This document shows, piece by piece, positions 57,227 to 64,000 of a DNA stretch of 64,000 bases. How positions within the stretch are numbered: the first letter of the stretch is position 1; every line of letters begins with the position of its first letter. Origin of the DNA: Candidatus Omnitrophota bacterium. GTDB taxonomy: Bacteria > Omnitrophota > Gorgyraeia > Gygaellales > Profunditerraquicolaceae. The notes below the pieces were generated by a model, which was given only the letters and a program-made list of their open reading frames with translations, was not told the DNA's origin and did no database searches. The translations under genes were made by a program, and so were the position numbers. Where the stretch lies: the NCBI GenBank assembly GCA_022710715.1, contig JAKLGJ010000001.1:170041-234040 (forward strand), in the 5' to 3' direction.

Positions 57227-57946
57227 ATGCTGATCATACCGGCCATAGACCTTAAAGACGGAAAAGTGGTGCGGCTCTATCAGGGCAGGAGCGACGAGCG
57301 GGTATATTCCGACGACGCTGCGGCAGTGGCTAAAGAGTGGCAGCGCCAGGGCGCGCAGATGCTGCATGTGGTCGATCTGGACGGAGCTTTTTCCGGCTCC
57401 CCGAAAAATCTGTCCGCTTTGACGCAGATCCTGCGCGCAGTTACCATTCCGGTGGAATTCGGCGGCGGGGTGCGGGACAAACAGACCATACTTAATTTGT
57501 TCGCCGCCGGCGTGCACCGGGTCGTGTTAGGGACCAGGGCGGTCCAGGACCGGGCGTTCCTGCAGGACGTGTTCTCGCAGTTCAGGGAACGGGTGATCGT
57601 GAGTATCGACGCCAAACACGGGATGGTGCTGATCGAGGGATGGCAAAAGGAAAGCCCCGGCATCCCGGCGGATACGTTTGCGCTGCAATTACGGGCCATG
57701 GGGTTCCGGGAAGTGATCTATACCGATACGCTTAAGGATGGGGCGTTGAGCGGGCCGAACCTGCCGGCACTGGCGGATCTGGCTTTGAAGACCGGGTTGC
57801 AGGTTATCGCTTCGGGCGGGATCTCGGCGTTGGCGGATCTGGATAAACTCAAGAAAATGGAAAAATCCGGGGTTATCGGAGTTATAATCGGCAAAGCGTT
57901 GTATGAGGGTAAGTTTACCGTGCAGCAAGCATTGGAACACTCGTAA
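57227..57946 (+). CDS. hisA: ProFAR isomerase HisA
   Basis: MLIIPAIDLKDGKVVRL...TDTLKDG. The ORF track starts at 56996 inside hisH; the correct ATG is 57227. Confidence 0.85.
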   Translation: MLIIPAIDLKDGKVVRLYQGRSDERVYSDDAAAVAKEWQRQGAQMLHVVDLDGAFSGSPKNLSALTQILRAVTIPVEFGGGVRDKQTILNLFAAGVHRVVLGTRAVQDRAFLQDVFSQFRERVIVSIDAKHGMVLIEGWQKESPGIPADTFALQLRAMGFREVIYTDTLKDGALSGPNLPALADLALKTGLQVIASGGISALADLDKLKKMEKSGVIGVIIGKALYEGKFTVQQALEHS

Positions 57947-57960
57947 AAGGAGGAATACGA

Positions 57961-58394
57961 TGGTTCATAAGTACCTGGGACTGGGGGCAAGCGGGTTGGT
58001 GTGTCTTTTTCTTTTGGCCGGTTGTGCCACTACTTCCAATCAGCGGTCGGAGAACGAATCGTTGCGTAATCAGGTGACGACTCTTGAACAGCAACTGCAG
58101 CAGAAAGACGCCGAGATCGATAGTTTACGCAAAGCGTTAAGCAAGACCACGGAAGAGAAATTCGATGCCATGCGCGGCGAGAGAGCCGGCGGTTCCATGG
58201 CGGTTCCGTCGGTTAAACAGATCCAGACGGCTTTGAAGAACGCCGGTTATGATCCGGGTGCTGCCGACGGCCGCATGGGTAAGAACACCCGGACGGCGAT
58301 CAGGCAATTCCAGAAAGACAACGGTTTAACCTCCGACGGAAAAGTGGGGCGCAAAACCTGGTCTTTGCTCGAGCCGTATCTTAACAAAGAATAA
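57961..58394 (+). CDS. Lipoprotein with coiled-coil and C-terminal peptidoglycan-binding (PG_binding_1-like) domain
   Basis: Lipobox LLAGC (Cys+1), then [26 protein letters not shown], then [39 protein letters not shown]. Confidence 0.65.
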
Positions 58395-58401
58395 GGGTCC
58401 G

Positions 58402-59187
58402 ATGCTTTCCAAACGCATTATTCCATGTCTGGATATCAAGGAAGGCCGGGTAGTCAAAGGGGTGCAATTCCTCGGGCTGCGCGACGCCGGCGATCCGGTG
58501 GAAGTGGCCAAAGCCTATGACGCCCAGCAGGCGGATGAACTCGTTTTTCTGGATATTACCGCCAGTTACGAGAATCGCAAGACCCTGATCGAACTGGTGG
58601 AGCGTATCGCCCAGAATATTTTTATGCCGTTTACGGTGGGAGGGGGAATCAGCGACGTGCAGGATATCCGCAATCTTTTGAATGCCGGAGCGGATAAAGT
58701 GTCCATCAATACCGCCGCGGTCAAATACCCCGAACTGATCACCGAGGCGGCTACGAAATTCGGCAGTCAGTGTATCGTGGTGGCAATCGACGCCAAACGC
58801 GTGCAGACCGACGCCGTGCGCCATCCGGGCTGGCAGGTCTATATCCATGGCGGCAGGACGCCTACGGAGCTGGATGCCGTGGAGTGGGCTCGGCAGGCCG
58901 CGCAGCTGGGCGCCGGGGAGATCCTGCTGACCAGTATGGATTGTGACGGGACGAAAGACGGCTACGATACCGGGTTGACCAAAGCGGTTTCGGATGCGGT
59001 GACCATTCCGGTGATCGCGTCGGGAGGCGCGGGCAAGCTCGAACATTTTTACGATGTATTGACGCACGCCGGCGCAGACGCGGCGCTGGCAGCGTCTTTG
59101 TTCCATTACGCGGAATTAACCGTGCCGCAGGTAAAAGAATTCCTTCAACACAAAGGAGTAGCCATTCGCTATGAAAAGAAAGCCTGA
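58402..59187 (+). CDS. hisF: Imidazole glycerol phosphate synthase, cyclase subunit
   Basis: [16 protein letters not shown]...VGGGI...ASGGAG. Confidence 0.9.
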   Translation: MLSKRIIPCLDIKEGRVVKGVQFLGLRDAGDPVEVAKAYDAQQADELVFLDITASYENRKTLIELVERIAQNIFMPFTVGGGISDVQDIRNLLNAGADKVSINTAAVKYPELITEAATKFGSQCIVVAIDAKRVQTDAVRHPGWQVYIHGGRTPTELDAVEWARQAAQLGAGEILLTSMDCDGTKDGYDTGLTKAVSDAVTIPVIASGGAGKLEHFYDVLTHAGADAALAASLFHYAELTVPQVKEFLQHKGVAIRYEKKA

Positions 59188-59506
59188 AATAAACATCAAA
59201 ACCTTGAAATTCGACAAGAACGGGTTGATCCCGGCGATCATCCAGGATTACAAAGATAATGAGGTCCTGATGGTTGCCTATATGAACCTGGAGTCTTTAC
59301 GTCGCACCATCAAACTCGGCAAGGCCTGTTACTGGTCGCGTTCCCGACAGGAATACTGGGTGAAAGGCGAGACGTCGGGACATTTCCAGTTCGTCAAATC
59401 CGTTGCCTATGATTGCGATCTGGACGCGTTATTGATCAAAGTGCGCCAGGTCGGAGTCGCCTGTCATACGGGCAACCGCAGTTGTTTCTACCGGAGGCTG
59501 GTGTAA
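59171..59506 (+). CDS. hisI: Phosphoribosyl-AMP cyclohydrolase
   Basis: GLIPAIIQD...MVAYMN...YWSRSR...CDxD...CH. Confidence 0.85.
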   Translation: MKRKPEINIKTLKFDKNGLIPAIIQDYKDNEVLMVAYMNLESLRRTIKLGKACYWSRSRQEYWVKGETSGHFQFVKSVAYDCDLDALLIKVRQVGVACHTGNRSCFYRRLV

Positions 59507-59511
59507 CCAGT

Positions 59512-60996
59512 ATGATCACTCCTTCGCTGAAAGCGTTCCTGGCGCTTTCCCGGAAGTCCACGGTCATTCCGGTGTATAAAGAGATCAGCGCGGATCTGGA
59601 TACGCCGGTTTCCTGTTTTCTGAAACTGGCGCCGCAGCGGTATATGTTCCTGCTCGAATCGGTGGAAGGGCAGGAGAAGATTGCCCGCTATTCTTTTCTG
59701 GGCAGCGGTTCTTCTCTGGTGCTCAAGTCCAAGGGGAGGACTATCGAGCGCATCGAGGGAAACCGCAGCCGCAGGTTCGTCACTGCCACTGATCCGCTGG
59801 ACGAGATCAAGAAGTGCATGGCGGATTTCCGTCCGGCGCAGATCAAGGGGTTGCCGCGGTTCTTCGGCGGTTTTGTGGGGTATGTGGGGTATGATTTTGT
59901 CCGGTTCGTGGAAAAAATCCCGGATAAGAACCCGGATGATCTTCGTCTGCCGGATATGGTATTCATGCTTACCGACACCATACTGGTGTTCGATCATGTC
60001 AACCATACCCTGAAGGTGATCAATAATGTCCTGCTGCCCGCAGCGTCGTCAAAACTGACCCGCAAACAGAAAGAGCGTCTGTATACCCGGGCCGTCAACA
60101 CGATTGACGGTATTCTCCGACAGCTCCAGCGGCCGTTAGCGTCCAGGCCGGCGGAACCGTCCGCCCAGGCTGGCGGCATAGAGATAACTTCTAATGTTGA
60201 AAAATCGGAATTTTGTGGTATAGTTAATAAAGCTAAAAAATTCATCAGAAAAGGCGATATTATTCAGGTTGTACCCTCTCAACGGTTTAAAGCCAGGATC
60301 AAAAAGGGCGCTTTTGACGTTTACCGCAGCTTGAGAAGCCTGAATCCCTCGCCGTACATGTTCTTTTTAAAACTCGACGCGCTTACCCTGGTGGGCGCTT
60401 CCCCGGAATTGCTGGTGCGTTGCGAGGACGGCCAGGTGCGTACCCGGCCGATCGCCGGAACGCGCAGGCGCGGGAAGACCGAAGAAGAAGATCTCAAGCT
60501 GGAGCAGGAACTGCGGGCTGACGAAAAAGAGAAAGCAGAGCACCTGATGCTGGTAGATCTGGGCAGGAATGATATCGGCCGGGTGAGTAAGACCGGTTCG
60601 GTCAAAGTGCAGAATTTCATGAGCGTCGAGCGCTACTCGCACGTGATGCATCTGGTCAGCGATGTGGTAGGCGTGCTGGACCGCAGATTCGACAGTTTCG
60701 ACGTGCTGCGGGCGTGTTTTCCCGCCGGCACGGTCTCCGGGAGTCCGAAAGTCCGGGCGATGGAGATCATCGATGAACTGGAGAACGTGCGGCGCGGTCC
60801 GTATGCCGGCTGCGTGGGGTATATCAGTTTCGCCCGCGCGATGGATACCTGTATCACCATCCGGACCATTGTGATAAAAGACAATACCGCTTATATTCAG
60901 GCAGGCGCGGGCATTGTCGCTGATTCAGTTCCCGCAAAAGAATACGCTGAAACAGTCAATAAAGCGAAGGCCTTAATGGAGGCCCTTACACGTTAG
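59512..60996 (+). CDS. trpE: Anthranilate synthase component I (TrpE; aminodeoxychorismate synthase PabB not excluded)
   Basis: VIPVYKEISADLDTP...chorismate-binding C-terminal domain (GAGIVADS, PKxRAMEII). Confidence 0.75.
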   Translation: MITPSLKAFLALSRKSTVIPVYKEISADLDTPVSCFLKLAPQRYMFLLESVEGQEKIARYSFLGSGSSLVLKSKGRTIERIEGNRSRRFVTATDPLDEIKKCMADFRPAQIKGLPRFFGGFVGYVGYDFVRFVEKIPDKNPDDLRLPDMVFMLTDTILVFDHVNHTLKVINNVLLPAASSKLTRKQKERLYTRAVNTIDGILRQLQRPLASRPAEPSAQAGGIEITSNVEKSEFCGIVNKAKKFIRKGDIIQVVPSQRFKARIKKGAFDVYRSLRSLNPSPYMFFLKLDALTLVGASPELLVRCEDGQVRTRPIAGTRRRGKTEEEDLKLEQELRADEKEKAEHLMLVDLGRNDIGRVSKTGSVKVQNFMSVERYSHVMHLVSDVVGVLDRRFDSFDVLRACFPAGTVSGSPKVRAMEIIDELENVRRGPYAGCVGYISFARAMDTCITIRTIVIKDNTAYIQAGAGIVADSVPAKEYAETVNKAKALMEALTR

Positions 60997-61057
60997 AACC
61001 AATCACAGCGATGGAGTGACCTGACTCTATCCCAAGACAAGCAGAAGGAGTAGGATT

Positions 61058-61342
61058 ATGGCAGTTAGAATACGGTTACGCAGAATCGGAAAAAATCCCA
61101 AGAACAAGCCGCATTTCCGCATCAGTGTGTTCGATGAACGCACCACCCGCGACGGAAAATTCATCGAGGAGATCGGTTTTTATAACCCGGTTTCCAAACA
61201 GGCGCGCGTGGACAAAGCGCGGTATGAACACTGGCGCAAGATGGGCGCATTGCCGACGCTGGCAGTGGTCAGGGTCATGAAAAAAGCGGAGATGGTCGTT
61301 ACCAAGGAGCTGACTAATGCCGCCGCAGACAACGCAAGTTAA
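61058..61342 (+). CDS. rpsP: 30S ribosomal protein S16 (bS16)
   Basis: MAVRIRLRRIGKNPKNKPHFRI... Confidence 0.9.
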   Translation: MAVRIRLRRIGKNPKNKPHFRISVFDERTTRDGKFIEEIGFYNPVSKQARVDKARYEHWRKMGALPTLAVVRVMKKAEMVVTKELTNAAADNAS

Positions 61343-61622
61343 CCCGATCTTCTTTATTTCCCAGTTCGCGCTGATCATCGGTATTTTTTATTTTATCGTG
61401 ATCAGGCCGCAGAAACAGGAACAGAAGAAACACCAGGCGATGATCAAGGGGTTGCAAAAGAACGATGAGGTCGTGACCACCGGCGGGATACACGGGACGA
61501 TCGTCAATGTCAAAGAGCAGACCGTGGTGATCCGGGTGGACGATAACGTAAAGATCGAACTGGAAAAGAACTGTGTGGGCATTGTGAAGAAACAGCAATC
61601 CGCTAACGAAGGAAAACAATAA
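61317..61622 (+). CDS. yajC: Preprotein translocase subunit YajC
   Basis: Single TM followed by the conserved GGIHGTIVNV...VVIRVDDNVKIE motif. Confidence 0.8.
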   Translation: MPPQTTQVNPIFFISQFALIIGIFYFIVIRPQKQEQKKHQAMIKGLQKNDEVVTTGGIHGTIVNVKEQTVVIRVDDNVKIELEKNCVGIVKKQQSANEGKQ

Positions 61623-63838
61623 TGGATAAAAAACTCTCATTGAAACTTCTGCTTATCGCCGCTGTCGCGGGGTTGTGCGTATTTTCCGCTTTTCCGCTTG
61701 ACCAGAAGATCAAGCTGGGGCTGGATTTGAAAGGCGGGATGCACCTGTTGCTCAAGGTCGATACGTCCGGACTTTCCGGCAAGGCCAAAGACGATGCCGC
61801 CGACCGCGCCATCGAAGTCATTCGCAACCGCATCGACCAGTTCGGCGTGCGCGAGCCTTCGATTCAGAAGCAGGGTAACGATGAGATCGTGATTCAGTTG
61901 CCGGGGGTGACTGACCGCGAGCGCGCGATCGATCTTATAGGAAAGACCGCGATGCTGGAATTCAAGCTGGTGCTTAACGACGCCGAGAAGGTCAAGCAGG
62001 CGGTGGAAGGCAAGCCGGTCGAAGGATACGATTTGAAATATCTGGATGAGACCCGGGAACCTATCCTGGTGGAGAGTAAGGCCGTGCTTACCGGCGACGC
62101 TTTGACCGATGCCCGCGTGGGTTTCAGCTCGCAGCGTTTCGGCGAGCCTGAAGTTCTGCTGCAGTTCAGCGGCGAAGGCGCCAAGAAATTCGCCGAGATC
62201 ACCGCGGCGAATGTCGGCAGGCGATTGGCGATCGTGCTTGACGGCAAGGTGCAGTCCGCGCCGAATATCCGCGAGCCGATTCCTTCCGGCGAGGCGCAGA
62301 TTTCCGGCAGCTTTACCACCGATCAGGCGCAGGATCTGGCTTTGGTTCTGCGCGTCGGCGCTTTGCCTGCGCCCATGCGCATAGAAGAGGAGCGCACCAT
62401 CGGCCCGCTGCTCGGTCAGGATTCGATCAGCAAGGGCGTGAAAGCCAGCGTGGTGGGGATCTGTCTGGTATTTGTGGCCATGGCGGTGTATTATCTTTTT
62501 GCCGGCATAGTCTCCAATATCGCGTTGCTGTTGAACCTGCTGATCATCCTGGGCGGATTGGGCGGAATACTGCCGTGGCTGTTCCCGGGAATTTCCGCAA
62601 CGCTGACCTTGCCCGGCATCGCGGGTATCGCGTTGTCCCTGGGTATGGCGGTGGACGCCAACGTGCTGATCAACGAGCGTATCCGCGAAGAAATTACCGC
62701 GGGCAGGACGTTGCGCACGGCGATCGCCAACGGATATGACAAAGCTTTTACCGCGATATTTGATTCCAACCTGACCACGCTGATCGCGGCATTTCTGCTT
62801 TTTCAGTTCGGCACCGGCCCGATCCGCGGTTTCGCGGTCACCCTGACCATCGGTTTGATCAGCAGCATGTTCACCGCGATCGTGGTTACCCGCGCTATCT
62901 TCGAATTCCTGCTGGAGCGGAATCTGCTCAAATCGTTGCCGATGCTGCAGTTGATCAAGCCGACCAAACTTGATTTTATCGGCAAGCGCTATTTCTTCTA
63001 TGCGGTCTCTTTAATTGTCATCGGCACCGGGATGTTCTCATTTTTCAAACAGGGGGCCAAAGCTTTCGGCATCGATTTCGCCGGAGGCCAACTGCAGGAA
63101 TATAGTTTTAAAGAAGCGATAGACGCAGAAAAAGTGCGCGCTTCCCTGGGAAAATTGGGGTTGGCGGATGTTTCGCTGCAGCAGTTCAGCGATAATCCTA
63201 AAATCGTGCTTATTCGCACCGCCGAAGATAAGAACAAAGAGATCACCGAACAACTCAAGAAGGATTTTTCGGATCAGGATGTGCAGGTGCTCAAGATCGA
63301 GCGCGTGGGTCCGGTGGCGGGAAAGCATCTTAAGGGTAAGGCGGTCAAAGCGTTGATCTGGTCGCTGATCGGTATCCTGATCTACGTGGGATTCCGTTTT
63401 AAACACGTGAATTTCGCAGTTGCCGGCGTTTTGGCGTTGTTCCATGACGTGCTGGTGGCCCTGGGCGCGTTGGCGCTTACCGGCAGGCAGATCGATCTGC
63501 TTTCGGTCACTGCGTTTTTGACCATTGCCGGTTTCTCCATCAACGATACCATCGTTATCTATGACCGGGTACGCGAAAACAGCAGGTTGATGCGCAAAAC
63601 CACTCTGTTCGATCTGATCAACTTGAGCGTTAACCAGACGTTGGCCAGGACTTTGTTGACCTCGGGGATCACGCTTTTGACTGTCGTGGCGATCTTGTTC
63701 TACGGCGGAGAGGTGCTGGGTAATTTTGCTTTCACCCTGCTGGTCGGGTTCATCTCGGGTATTTATTCAACCGTGTACATTGCCTCGCCGCTGGTGCTGG
63801 CCTTTGCCAGCAAAAAAGAAGCCGCCGGCTCCGCCTAA
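61622..63838 (+). CDS. secDF: Fused protein-export membrane protein SecD-SecF
   Basis: SecD periplasmic head plus 6 TM, then the SecF 6-TM module (738 aa) with conserved DANVLINERIRE and DTIVIYDRVRE motifs in each half. Confidence 0.85.
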   Translation: MDKKLSLKLLLIAAVAGLCVFSAFPLDQKIKLGLDLKGGMHLLLKVDTSGLSGKAKDDAADRAIEVIRNRIDQFGVREPSIQKQGNDEIVIQLPGVTDRERAIDLIGKTAMLEFKLVLNDAEKVKQAVEGKPVEGYDLKYLDETREPILVESKAVLTGDALTDARVGFSSQRFGEPEVLLQFSGEGAKKFAEITAANVGRRLAIVLDGKVQSAPNIREPIPSGEAQISGSFTTDQAQDLALVLRVGALPAPMRIEEERTIGPLLGQDSISKGVKASVVGICLVFVAMAVYYLFAGIVSNIALLLNLLIILGGLGGILPWLFPGISATLTLPGIAGIALSLGMAVDANVLINERIREEITAGRTLRTAIANGYDKAFTAIFDSNLTTLIAAFLLFQFGTGPIRGFAVTLTIGLISSMFTAIVVTRAIFEFLLERNLLKSLPMLQLIKPTKLDFIGKRYFFYAVSLIVIGTGMFSFFKQGAKAFGIDFAGGQLQEYSFKEAIDAEKVRASLGKLGLADVSLQQFSDNPKIVLIRTAEDKNKEITEQLKKDFSDQDVQVLKIERVGPVAGKHLKGKAVKALIWSLIGILIYVGFRFKHVNFAVAGVLALFHDVLVALGALALTGRQIDLLSVTAFLTIAGFSINDTIVIYDRVRENSRLMRKTTLFDLINLSVNQTLARTLLTSGITLLTVVAILFYGGEVLGNFAFTLLVGFISGIYSTVYIASPLVLAFASKKEAAGSA

Positions 63839-63958
63839 GGCAGACGCTTTCCCCAAGTCTTACTGCTGCAACATTTTACAAAGATATTCCGTCCGGTGGT
63901 GCCGGACGGAATATCTTTGTATCTTTATATATCACAGGGGTTTAGGGAAAGCGTCTGC
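63839..63958. repeat. Nested inverted repeats: outer 14-bp arms GGCAGACGCTTTCCC / GGGAAAGCGTCTGC flanking about 90 bp that contain an 18-bp perfect inner palindrome AAAGATATTCCGTCCGG-tggt-GCCGGACGGAATATCTTT
   Basis: Read directly from the sequence; begins 1 nt after the secDF stop. Confidence 0.7.
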
Positions 63959-64000
63959 TATGTTCAAGGCGAGCAAGATATATGTCGGGCAAACTATACC

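Overview
The window is a 64-kb chromosomal segment from a Gram-negative-type bacterium with full biosynthetic capacity (fatty-acid, Leu, His, Trp, Asp-semialdehyde), GC about 55 % and canonical AGGAGG ribosome-binding sites. It opens with a canonical rRNA operon: the 3' part of 16S, tRNA-Ile(GAT), tRNA-Ala(TGC), 23S and 5S. The most striking feature is that the 23S gene is split by four group I introns at conserved sites (E. coli numbering about L1917, L1931, L2499, L2593). Two of them encode single-motif LAGLIDADG homing endonucleases; the other two are ORF-less and one is only 192 nt. Downstream of the rRNA operon lie an accessory-looking region and then a long syntenic housekeeping stretch.

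Accessory-looking region:
- A 1294-aa secreted protein with three near-identical 315-bp tandem repeats.
- A secreted Q-rich protein and a PEP-CTERM (exosortase-sorted) protein.
- A cluster of response regulator, CxxCxxCC (YkgJ-type) protein, MshEN-like/PilZ c-di-GMP-binding protein, polytopic membrane protein and four tandem prepilin-type (class III signal peptide) pilin-like genes sharing near-identical 5' DNA.
- A 23-codon Cys/poly-Lys micro-ORF with its own promoter and terminator.
- A tandem array of 45-bp hairpin repeats.

Housekeeping stretch: aroG-like DAHP synthase, PIG-L deacetylase, GNAT, recG, rsmD, coaD, yceD, rpmF-plsX-fabHDG-acpP-fabF, leuCDB, asd, truA, marC, glgC, an acyl-CoA dehydrogenase with etfB and a ferredoxin-domain etfA, an HTH gene with smc, a convergent GAF-GGDEF gene, recA-htrA-recX-alaS, hisDBHA-(lipoprotein)-hisFI, trpE, rpsP, yajC and secDF.

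No CRISPR array, IS element or prophage was recognised. Phylum cannot be assigned from the sequence alone; many pseudopilins plus PEP-CTERM would fit Omnitrophota- or Elusimicrobiota-like lineages, but this is speculation. All calls rest on reading the sequence and ORF translations without database searches.
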